Origin: Cyanophora paradoxa CCMP329
Lineage: Eukaryota; Plantae; Glaucophyta
Reading direction: 5' to 3'
Assembly: GCA_004431415.1 (NCBI GenBank)
Contig: QPMI01000410.1
Coordinates: 1 to 30,283, forward strand
Length of the DNA stretch: 30,283 nucleotides
Both the position numbers and the translations under genes were made by a program. The stretch's first letter is position 1, and every line of letters starts with the position of its first letter. The notes beneath the pieces were generated by a model, which made no database searches, had not been told where the DNA came from, and saw only the letters and a list, made by a program, of their open reading frames with translations. Below are positions 9,745 to 20,200 of this stretch, piece by piece.

Positions 9745-12540
9745 TCAGGCGGCCGTCGGGCGCGCCATCCGGGGACTCCGGGACTGCGAGGTCCGTGGGC
9801 GGTCGGGGCCGTAGCCCACGAGTTCGTCAGGCTCAGGAGCCTGGAAGTGCAGCGCGGCGCGCTGCTTGCTGGAGCGGGCGTGGAGCCCCTCGGAGCGGCT
9901 CGTCGGAGCGGCGGAGGACTTGCGATCCGCTCCGTCGACGACTGGCGTCGGCTCGCTGCTGGCAGCGGCGGAGGCCAAGGCGCGCTCGGCGATGGCCCGC
10001 GGCTGCAGTGCAGCGCGCGTCGCGAAGTCATCCTCATCGTCACCATCGCCGTAGATACGGAGAATGGCGCGGTGGGCGGGGCGGCAGCGGCCCTCGGCTG
10101 TGGCCTCCTGGGCGAGGCCAATGAGGCGCAGCAGTTCAGCTTCAATGCGGTCGAACTGCTCCATGCCCGGGTAATTTGCGGCCCACACCGTCGCAGCGGC
10201 GTTCCGTGCCGCCCAAGAGGCGCCGCTCGGCAAGGTGGTGCCGGTGAGATCATGGCCCGCGGCCGTGGCAATCTCATCGAGCATTTCAGACAAGACGGCC
10301 GGCTGGGCATTGCGCTCGAGCAGGAGCCGCAGCCGCGCGCGCCAGTTCTTGGCGGCCTGGTAGTGGGCACTGCCACATTCTCGTCCGTGGCCGGCGGGGC
10401 CTGGCCGGAGCTCGAGCTGGCCGCGGACCCGCAGGCGGTACATGAGGCCGTGCGGCCAGTAATAGCCGTGCGGGCCGGCGATTTGCGGCAAGAGTGGGGG
10501 CGGCGGCAACCCCCAGCCGGGTACGCGCGGCGGGGGCGGGCCCATCGACGCCGGGTACGGGTACGGGAACGGCGCGGGGGCCAATTCCGCGGTGGACTGG
10601 GCAGCAACGCGGGCGCGCTTGCTGCGGCGCTCAGCCTCGGCGAGGAGGCGCTGGCGCGTGTCCTCGGCCGGGTCCGGCTCGAACTCAAGGCCATGCTGGC
10701 GGGCATAGGCAGTGAATTCGGCGTCGTCCATGTCGGCCAGGTCGAGGGACTCAGGTCCCGTAGACGAGGCGCTGGGCACGGTGCCGCGAACGGTCACGCG
10801 ACTGCCCTGCAGGATACGCGGCCGCTCGCGGCGCTGGCCGGTGGCGCCCGCGGCTGCGTGCGCGTCGGGGCAGGCGAGCTCGACGACTCCTGCCGGGGCG
10901 ACTCGGTGCGCTCGCGGGAAGCGGCGGCCTCGCGGCTCTGGCGGCGCCCGCGGCGGTCGCGGGAGCGCTCGCGCTTTGGCTCGCTCTTCTTCCTCGAGGG
11001 CGAGGGCGTGGCCGAGCGCTTGGGGGCAGGGCTGGGCTCGCGGGAGCCAGAGCCCGTGGTGCCCGAGGCAGAGGACGATGCCGCAGCTTCGCCGGGGCGG
11101 CCGCTGCCACGGCGTGGTCGGCCTGCTGCTGGGCGCGCAAGCTCGGGGCAGATCCTCTGCCGTGTACCCGTTCCAGTTCTGGAGCAGCTCGGCGCGCAGC
11201 CGGTAGTGGAACGGCGTGATTGCCGCCACCGTGTCGCCGAGGTCGCTGGCCTCGGGGGCGCAGGGAACGGCGCCGCGCCTTGCTGGGCGACAGTGTCCAG
11301 GGCAGGGGCGGGATAGAGGTCGGAGACCATAATCCGCTTCGCCTTCACGCCCGTGAAGATGGGCCAGAGGACGTCATTGATCTTCTGAACCCAGTTCAGG
11401 AGAGCCGAGGCGATGGGCTCCTGGCCCGCGAGCGTCGCGCCAGCAACGAGGTGCCTGGCGGCCCACGTATCGCGCTCGACGTGGCAGTACTGGCGCATGC
11501 CGTGCGCCGCTACCCGAGCGGGCAGGATGCGCTCAAGGCGGCGGACGGAGAGGAGGGGCTCGTCCTCCTGCTCGTACTTGGCGAGAACAGCGCGCAGCTG
11601 CTTCGTCGCCGGCAGGCCCCAGATCTGCAGCAGGGCGTCCGAGAGGCGCTTGCTGGCGTCTGCCGCGTTGTCCAGCCAGGACGTATGCGTGGCGTTGGGG
11701 CGCGGCAGGTCTGGCATCGAGAGCCAGAACGCCGTTGTCAGCGGGAGCTGAGAGGCGATGACGAGAGCTGCGGTCTCGTCAATCGACTCGCCGAGCTGGC
11801 CGCTCTTGAGGTGCTGCAGGACGGCGTAAAGCTCGTCGCCGTCAGCGGAACGTGCATGGGCCCCAGCTGCTGCCTCGGCCGCGGAACGAGTGGCCGGGTC
11901 GGCGCGGTAGCAGGTGGACCACATGAACTCGTATATGGCCGTCGGCCCCACAATGTGCATTTGGGGTTGAATCCCTTGGTCGGCGCGGGCCGGGGCTGGT
12001 CGGGCAGCTCGTGCCCCAGCACCCAGGCAGCCATGCTGTTCACATACCCCGCAAGCAGGGATGCGACGAACTCCCGGGGCGGCAACGGGGACCACGTGGG
12101 TCCGTGCTTCTGCACGCCCGGGCAGACAACCGGGTACTTCCGGTGCCCGCGGTCCTTCGGATCGACGAGCGGGCGGGCCGCTCGAATCCGAGCACGAACA
12201 CGCGCCGAGGGAGGCGGTCGTACTGGCGACGCGCCTCGGAGGGCGGGGCGTGCTGCATGGCCACGTGGGCAGGACCAAGCGAGCAGCGCGTGGCATTCGT
12301 GCCGACGGGATCGCCCATGACATCGACGTTGTTCACGTCGAGCTCAGTGCTCACGTGCTTCTCGCCCGTCTGGATCGGGGTGCCTGGCAGGAGGCCGCGG
12401 ACCCGGGCATCGGGCTGGGCGACGCCACGGATGCCGAAGCCCCTGCCGAAGCGGGGCTCGTGGAACACGACCAAGCGCTGCCCACGCTTGGCGCGGTTGA
12501 CCCCGATGGGCGCCTCGAACGTGTGCGGGCGAGCGAGGTA
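9745..12540 (-). CDS. Unknown retrotransposon-encoded protein region, distal part (between the nested insertion and protease)
   Basis: Overlapping minus-strand frames (12540-12040, 12115-11738, 12323-10794, 11229-9745) have globular-protein composition, e.g. ELYAVLQHLKSGQLGESIDETAALVIASQLPLTTAFWLSM. This region joins in frame with the 17280 side when the insertion is removed. No family recognised. Confidence 0.68.
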
Positions 12541-12568
12541 TGCCTTGCAGAAACCTTCTCCGGTGTAA
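12541..12568 (+). repeat. Left TIR of the nested element
   Basis: TGCCTTGCAGAAACCTTCTCCGGTGTAA versus the reverse complement of the right end, TAGGTTGCCGAAACCTTCTCCTGTGCAA. Confidence 0.85.
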
Positions 12569-12571
12569 ATT

Positions 12572-12790
12572 TGACACAGAATCGCACAGAAAAGCACAGC
12601 ATAGCACGGGAAAGCACGGCATAGCACAGAAAAGCACGGAAGAACACAGGAAAGCACAGGTTGCACAGAAAAGCACAAGGAAGGCACAGGTCGGCATGGG
12701 TGGGCACAGGCTGACATGGGTAGGCACAGGGAACATGGGTAAACATGGGTGAACATGGGTAAACAGCGATTGCACGGGTAAACACAGGAG
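12572..12790 (+). repeat. Left subterminal ~10-bp tandem array (RCACAGR / CATGGGT units)
   Basis: About 20 degenerate 10-mers such as AAAGCACAGG, TAGGCACAGG and AAACATGGGT, followed by an AT-rich tract at 12790-12850. Confidence 0.88.
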
Positions 12791-13419
12791 TATAATTTAT
12801 TAATTGAAGATGTTTATTAGAATAAATCTACATAATTATAATTTTAATTTGCGCGGTGGGCGCCGGCGCGCCTCCGGGCCGGGCACGAGGCGTACTGCAA
12901 GGCCGGGCAGCAGCAGACGGCGGCGGGCCGGCTCGCGGGATGCGCCGGAGGCGCGGCGGGCGGCGGCACGGCTCGCCCAGTCGGGGCGGACGCGTGCTGG
13001 ACGGCGTTGCAGCGTGGTCGGCAGTGGCGCGGCTCGCGGGACGGAGCTGCGGCGTGGCAGGCAGCGGCGTTGCTCTCTCCGCACAGCGCCAATGCAGCTA
13101 TTGTTAACGTTGTATGCCATGGGCAGCTTGTTTTAGCTAAAGCTAGTTTTGCATGCCAGGGGAAATTTTCCAAGCTCTCTCTCTTCTCTTTTAGCTCAGC
13201 CCATGTACATGCTTGTTGCTTCGAATTCGCTGCCGAACTAACAAACAAGCTTGAGCAAGATCTAGCTATATACATAAATTAAAGGCACGTATGAAGAATG
13301 GGCACGCTCCGCCGCCACGGGGTATGAAGAATGGGCACGCTCCGCCGCCGCCCGCGGCCGCCGGCGTTCCGCCTTAGCCCTATCTTGCTGCCAAATGCCG
13401 AGAATCCACCCCGCCCCGG

Positions 13420-13920
13420 CAAGGCGCGAGCCACGCCGCAACATGCCGAGCCTGCACTCCGCCCCGTCCGGCGAGCCGCGCCGCCGCCCGCCGCGCCTCC
13501 GCCCCGTACAGCGAGCCGACCGCGGCGCCCCTGCCCCGTCCAGCGAGCCGCGCCGCCGCCCGCCGGGCCTCCGCCCCGTACAGCAAGCCGCACCGGCGCC
13601 CCCTGCGCCGGCGCCCGGCCGGCGCCCCGGCCCGGCCAAGCCACGCAGCTCCGCCCGGCCCCGCCCGGGTGCGGGACTCCTTTCGCGGCGGGTGTCGGCG
13701 GCGGGCGGCGGGGCGGCTCGCTGGGACGGCGGCGCAGCGGGCGGCGACGCGGCTTGCCGGCCGCCGCCCCGTTCCGCGAGCCGCCCCGCTGCCCGCTGCG
13801 CCGCCGCTCCGTCCCGCGAGCCGCGCCGCCGCCCGCCGCGCCGCCGCCCCGTCCCGCGAGCCGTGCCGCCGCCGTCCGCTGCTGCCCGTGCGGCGAGCCG
13901 CGCCGCCGAAGGCCGCGCCG
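13420..13920. repeat. GC-rich degenerate minisatellite (GCGAGCCGCGCCGCCGCCCGCC-type units)
   Basis: Recurrent CCGTCC(C/A)GCGAGCCGCGCCGCCGCCCGCCG units. Inverted copies lie at ~12900-13070, and a 28-bp direct repeat lies at 13289-13316 and 13322-13349. Confidence 0.75.
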
Positions 13921-14589
13921 GGTTACGTCCTGCGCATCGTCAGCTATGCATTCGCGCGCCGCTGGCCCCAAGCTATGCTTGGGAGGCGCACCCGAGACAA
14001 CCGCCAATCGGGAGTTCGGCGTCGTTCCGCGCGCACGCAGCGCCCGGCGAGTCCAGACCCACATGCACTGCGGGCCGGGCCCATCTTAGAGGAACGCTTC
14101 GCGCATGGAAGCGTGCGAGAGCTCGAAGTCAGCGGCGGCCAGCGTGCCGCCCAACCGTCGACGCGTTGAACGCTCCTAACAGGCCGCGGGTCAGAGACGG
14201 CGATCTGCGGGCGTGAGTGAGACGTACGGCGAGTAACCGGACAGGTAGGCGAGGAACTTGGCGAGCACGGCGAGTACGGGCGGTTGGGAACAAGCAAGTC
14301 AGCGCGCGGGGCGCGCGGATGCAGTCAAGGCGGAGGCCAGTCCTGCGGCAACACCCTCTGGCTGGCGAAATAGCCGCGCGCTGCGTGCCACGAGCGGCCG
14401 CCAAGTCTGCGAGGTGCGAAGCGCATCTGGCCCGAGCACGAAGGGAGCTGGAGTGGAAGCTGAGGAGCTGCAGACTCTGCACTGCAGCCAGCCGAGCGAA
14501 CTTGAGGCCAAGGGCGCAAGCGCAGCAGCTGCAGCTGGCACCGCTGGGTATCGTCCGTAAAAAAAAGGGGGGGGAAGGAATGACGGCCA

Positions 14590-16850
14590 TTATCGTCGAA
14601 TTTCCTTGAAAAATGCATTTCGGGCTGCTACATGTGCGAACAGTGAAGCGAATGCTTCGTTTGGTTGTATTTAGGCACATAGTAATTGTTTCAGCACTAA
14701 GCTGTGACTCTTGACCCTCTGAACGCACTCTCTTGTGGCTGAAATCAAGGGGGGGCAAAAAAGTGAAAATGACCAAATCAGTCTCTGCAGAAGCGCATCC
14801 ATATGATCTCAAGCACTCCTGAAGTAAGGTATTGATTATATGAGTGATTTAAAGCCGCTTTCGGAAGGCCCAATACGAGTTTTCGCTGAGATCATGCAGG
14901 GGCCATGGTTGAAACATGCAATGCTCTCACGGGTTGCCAGCATCGACTCAAGACACGCTAAATACCTCTTTAGAAAGCCCTTAACTTCCAGATTACAGGA
15001 ATAAATTTTTTGTCCGGTCTGCCGATTCCCGGAACGTCGGTGCACCTTCATGTGTCTCACTGAGCACATCATGAGCACAGTCTGGTGACTTGATGAACAG
15101 CTCATCTTCTCTTCAGTACTGAAAGAAGTCATTCCTGGAATTGCTGATTACCGTCAAAATGAAGTCGTCAAAGCTTTCGAGGGTCCTCTCTCTGATTTTG
15201 AAACAATCCGAGTTTAGATCTAAAGCCATTAGGCGCTAGCACCTTTTTTTGCCAAGGGGGGGCCTGTGACTCATTAAGCTGCACGAGCACCAGCAATGCG
15301 TGCCACGTCATGAACTGCTCCTTATAGAGAGGGTTCGATGCATTGGAAGGCGGATCGAAGCGAGGAACGCACATGACCAGACCTAGGCCTAGGCCTAGGC
15401 GGTCTCCAAGGGAATTCGTTGTCGTACCCCGGGTCCCAACTTGCCGACCGGCGACCGGCCGCGGTGACTGCGTCGGCTGGCCCTCGCGGCGGCAGACGGC
15501 CTTGCCAGATAGTTGCAACTCCTGGCAGCACGGCGGCTCGGTGCGTCGGTTCTGGGCTTCGCCGCGCAGCCGGACTCCCTGACTCTGCGAACAGGCCGAG
15601 CAGCGGTGCTGTTGCCGCAGCGAACGCGGCCACTTTGAGAGAGAACGATGCACCTCTTGCGCCTTGAGGCTCTCGCCCGGCTCGTGCTGGGTCTGATTTC
15701 AAACGCAGACTGTCGCTGCCCCTGCTGCTGGGTTCGGCCGCGGCCGCGAACGCTCTCGAACGCGTCGTTTTCGACCTCCTTCCTCCCTTAATCTCTACTC
15801 GTTGCCCGGCCGCCGCCGGTCAGCTTATGTTGCTTTGACAGGCCCGCGCAGAAAGGCGAGGCCCCTGCCGATGCGAAGCAAGGTGTTTCTGGTTTCCGTC
15901 TGTTTCCTTCGATCGCTCATCCCGCTTGCATGTCAGGGAACACGCACGACCGAGCCCCGCGAGCACGGCCAAGTGGCGGCCGCGACTTGCTCGCTGGCAC
16001 TCTTGGCGGCCGGGCGGGAAGCGGTCCCGCTGGTCAAGAAACCTCGCGGACGATGCTAACGCACGAGCCTCGCTAACACGGCGCGCTTCGCCCGGTTCCG
16101 GGTCCTGTCTCTTCCAACACTCGCAGCTCGCCTGGCTCCTTCTCCGCAGGCTAGGTGCTCGTTCTTGTTTCCGCTACTCTCGCCTTGATCTTGTTCTGAC
16201 ACCGGGGACGCGCGCAGCGCAGCGGGTGCCGTTCACGCGCGGCCAGCATCTCGCACTTCTTGCTGCGGGAGCTCGGACGGGTGCGGTCTTTTCGCAGGCG
16301 CGCGTTCTTCTCCTCTTTCGCTTGACGCTCCGAGCGCAGCGAGCGCCTCGTCCTCGCCCTCGGCTACGGGCGGGGATGGTGCCGCTGTCACTCCGGATCC
16401 GTTCTTCTGCCACTTCTCTTTGCCGAGGTGCACAGCCGCGCGCGCGCATGCCAACCTTGTCTCTTTCTGTTCGAGCGTTCGCTGACCGCGACGCGCACAG
16501 CGCAACGAGCGCCGCGAGGTGCCGCATGACCTTGTGCGGGTTGCATCACTTTACGTCTGAGCCGGTCTGCTAGCGCTGCTCCCTCTACTTGCCGAGGCGC
16601 ACAGCTCGTTTTTGACACTCGCGTGCTCGCAGCGACCAGCGATTGTCCTGCTAGCAGGGCAGCGGGTCAGGAGCTCGCTGTTTTCGGGAGTATGGCTCAG
16701 AGGTAGGGGGCAGCAGCTGCAACTCGTTTTCTCAATGCTAGCTATTGATAGGGCTGCGCTGCCTTCGCGCACATGCATTTTTTGCTGGCAATGCGTTTTC
16801 TGTATGACTGCTTTCTGCATATAAGTAGTGGTGGGAGCTTCGGAGAGCAG
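14590..16850 (-). pseudogene. Possible decayed N-terminal part of the nested element's transposase gene
   Basis: Lower-GC segment with interrupted minus-strand frames containing Cys/His clusters (IACFNHGPC; TITMCLNTTKRSIRFTVRTCSSPKC). No catalytic DDE core seen. Confidence 0.3.
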
Positions 16851-17061
16851 CGGCCCTGCCCGGGCTTTCGAAGCCTGCGCATGCGCATCCCCATATGCAG
16901 GGTGCCCTCGGACCGGGGCCGGCGCCGGCGCCCTGGCCTGGTCCAGGCCGCGGCCGGCCACGGCCGGCCCCGACTAATTTGATTTCTCGAAGTTGAGATA
17001 ATTTTGAGTTAACTTTAATTATAATAATAATTTTGATTTTTCATGCAGAATATTAATATCC

Positions 17062-17260
17062 GTAAAACACAGGGTTGCACAGAACACACAGGGTTGCACG
17101 GTTAAACACAGGTCTACATGGATAAACGCCGGTTTGCATGGGTAAACACAGGCAACATGGGTAGGCACAGGTGGACACGGGTAGGCACAGGTTTACATGG
17201 GTGGGCACAGGTGGACACAGGTCGACACAGGTCGACACAGATTGCACCAGATTGCACAGG
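17062..17260 (+). repeat. Right subterminal ~10-bp tandem array
   Basis: Same units (GTAGGCACAG, GTCGACACAG, CATGGGT), preceded by an AT-rich tract at 16975-17060. Confidence 0.88.
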
Positions 17261-17279
17261 AGAAGGTTTCGGCAACCTA
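17252..17279 (-). repeat. Right TIR of the nested element
   Basis: TTGCACAGGAGAAGGTTTCGGCAACCTA, followed by the TSD GAGGTA. Confidence 0.85.
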
Positions 17280-20200
17280 GAGGTACGCAAACGCCTGGCG
17301 GCACGTGTGGTGCAGGGCGGTGTTCAGCACCGAGTAGGCGCGCGTGATCGGCCCATCGAGGCGGTTTGCGGGAGTGGGCTCCGACGCGACCCACTGCATG
17401 ATGGACTCGTCGAGCCCCATCATCGCCGCGACGTAGGGCAAGCCCTGAACGTCGGTGCCTTGCATGGACGTCGGTGCCGGTGGCACGGGCGGGCCATACA
17501 ACATTACCGCGGCGGGGATGCCGCGGTTATGGCCCTCGACGTTTGCGATGAGCGTGGAGGCAAGGCAGTGCATGGCTGCATCAGCGTCGAGCGCGTTCGG
17601 GTGGAAACGCGTGACGACTGGGGCAGTCGCATTCACGCAGGGCGCGTCGGGCGGCCCGTTCTCGCCGAGGGTGAGCGGCACGAGCCGCGGAATAGCAGCC
17701 CACGGGTACTGCTCGGCCGTCGGATTGCGGGCCGGGCTACCGCCGAGCGGGTCGGGCAGCAGCACGCAGTACTTGTCGCAGTACCGGACGCGCTCGGGCG
17801 TGCCGTCGTACCACGTGCGGGCCCAGCAGCAGGTGCCGCCGGCGTGGCCGTAGCAGTGGAGACCCCGGACGGTCCGGCGACAGGCGCAGCTGAGGAGCTG
17901 GCCATGGGCACGTCGCCCTCAGCGTCGCGATCGGCTTCGCTACGGCGGGCCTCGCCTTCCCAGTTGTCGAGCCACTGCACAAAGGAAGGGAGCGAATTGG
18001 GGCGTTGCCGCCAATTCGGGCCTCGTGGATCTCGCCCAGCAGCCAATTAGCGCCTTCGACGACGGTGTCGTAGCAGCGGTAACTGGTGGCCAGCCACGAA
18101 TCCGAGTCGTCCTTTGCGGCCTCGCGCTGGACGACCTCGGGAATTTCGAGGTTTGCCGGGTACGCCGGGGCGAGCGTACGGACGAGCTCCTCGCACCCCG
18201 GGTGCGAGGCGTTAACCATGTCATAGAAATAGCTAACGTCGTCCGGCAGCTTCTGCTGCTCGCGCGGGACGAAGGGCGTGATGCCCGGTCCGGTGCGACC
18301 GCTGTCTAGGCAGGACAGCATCCAGCGCGCATGGCTGGGGACTGGGGCGACAACCTCAGAGAGGGTCGGGCCCGTGTTGGCGGAAGAGCGCCAGCGTCCC
18401 TCGACATAGTACGGGGGCAGGTGCGACACATGCAGCTCAAAGCGATCTATGAAGAACGCGTCCCAGTGAAGGGCATTCCACTGCGTGGTGTCGGCCGGCA
18501 GGTCCGGCAGCGGCACGAGCAAGCCGGCGCTGGAGGCGGCGAGCTCGAAGGAAGCGACAGCGCGCTTCAGCATGCGAATGTTCGCCGGGTGGCGGTTCGG
18601 CATGACGATTTCCAGCCGCTCCCACTGGGGGCGGTCGGGGTTCTCATGAAACCAGGCGAAGCGGCGCCAGGGCGGCTGGGCCGCTTCAGCTTCGAGCCAG
18701 GAGGCGAGCTCCGGGTCGGGAGCGATGTGCAGCGTGACCGGGTTTTGAGCCGGCTGCAGGCCGCTGTTGGCGAGCCACATGTGCTCGACCTGAGTCGGCC
18801 AACGGCTAGAGGGCTGGGGCAGCCGATGAGCTCGAAGAGGTGGGCGTCAATGCCCGCACGGACAAAGAGCGCGTGCCGCATCCTCTCGCGCGTGTCGTCG
18901 TCGACGCCAGCGCTCTCATCGGACTCCATGGGGTCAGGAGAGGGCGTGCCGGGGCCCTCTTCCGCTTCCCCTTCGCCTCGGCCTCGGCATTTGCCGGCTT
19001 GGCGGGGCGGGCCGGCGGCTGGTGCCGCGGGTGCGAGCGGGCTTGGCGCAGAGGTCGTTTCGTCGACCTTGCCCTTGCCGCGGCCACGGCGGCCGGCGGC
19101 GGCCTCACGCTCGGCGACCTCGCGAGCCATGCGGTCGCTGGTCTGGAGGTCGTCATCGAACTCATCCCAGACCGGACGGTGCGAGCGCTTGGCCGTGAAG
19201 CGGCGGCGTACCTCGCCCAGCATCAAGCGCACGCGGTCGCGCGGCTTTTCGAGCAGAGCAACGGCGCGGACGCCGGACTGCGAGATGCAGTAGCAAACCC
19301 AGGTGAAAATGCTACGGTGCATTTCACCCCAGCGGTTCGCGGCAGAGAACTCGCCGTGGAGGGCGTTCACGAGCCATGAGTACTCGCTCGAGTCACGGAC
19401 GCCGCCAGGGAGCGGGCCACGGCCCTCACGGGGACAGTGCGGGATGCCAGCAGCTCAATGACATCGTAGTCACAGCACCGCCCGCGGCGAGTGATCGGGT
19501 AGGAGCGATCGTAGAACGCTTCAACACTCGGTCCAAGCATGAGGGGGTCGGCATTCGGGAATTCCCGGAACCGGAGCCCTTCGCCGGGGCCGACGGGGCT
19601 GTCTACCACGACCGTGGGGGCGGCGTGATAGGTCCCCAGGCCCATGAGCCAGTCGGAGAACAGCAAGCTGCTGAACTCCGTGGGGCGGCGCAGGTCGAGG
19701 ATCCTGGCCAGGCGGCGCACGGCGACGCGGGGGAGCAACTTGATGGCCCGGAACCCCTCAAGGTCTGAGCCGTGCTGCACCAGCTCGGACAGGTTCACGA
19801 GCGGCGGCTCCCCGGCCATGCAGCGAGCGCGGCGGCTGTTTTGCATGGCGATAACGCGCTCGGGGACGGTGCCCTTGGCGCGCGTGTCGAAGCACGTGGC
19901 TCCGGCAACCTCAGTCAGCCGCTCCGTGTATGTTTGGAACAGCGACAGTGGCGGGGCCACGTCCTTAGGGCTAATCCACGCGAAAAGGCTGCCCTTCTCG
20001 AATCCGAGTGCGCCCGGCAGCACCGTAAGGGTCCGGAAACGGATTATGGCAAGCACAAGCTGCACGCAGTAAGCGTGGAAGTCGGAATCCTCGTCGAGGA
20101 GTTCGCGAGCCGCAGCGAGCGCTGTGCGCATGGCGTGGTAGCCCGTCACGGTACGGGAGACGTTCCCGTCGGGCGTAATGTCGAACCGCGGGTCGCCGTT

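Larger units (their letters stand above)
12541..17279. mobile_element. Nested 4,739-bp TIR DNA transposon, probably non-autonomous, superfamily unresolved
   Basis: 6-bp TSD GAGGTA (12535-12540 and 17280-17285) and imperfect 28-bp TIRs (22/28 identical, core TTGC.GAAACCTTCTCC.GTG.AA). Removing it restores the reading frame ...RQAFAYL|ARPHTFEAP... Confidence 0.9.

Noticed and set aside
9706-12320. Long + strand ORFs (9706-11316, 11220-12320; likewise 6093-7334, 17118-18050, 18331-19293, 25167-26627)
   Set aside because: These are antisense shadows of minus-strand coding sequence in very GC-rich DNA. They are R/G/A-rich and carry no motifs.
12040-12785. Cys-rich ORFs (MFTHVYPCSLCLPM...; also 17053-17394)
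   Set aside because: They are translations of the 10-bp subterminal arrays. Only the portion below 12540 belongs to the retrotransposon protein.
12572-12790. Short repeats (also 17062-17260) as a CRISPR array or telomeric repeat
   Set aside because: They are contiguous degenerate 10-mers with no unique spacers and no cas genes. They sit just inside TIRs in a eukaryotic context.
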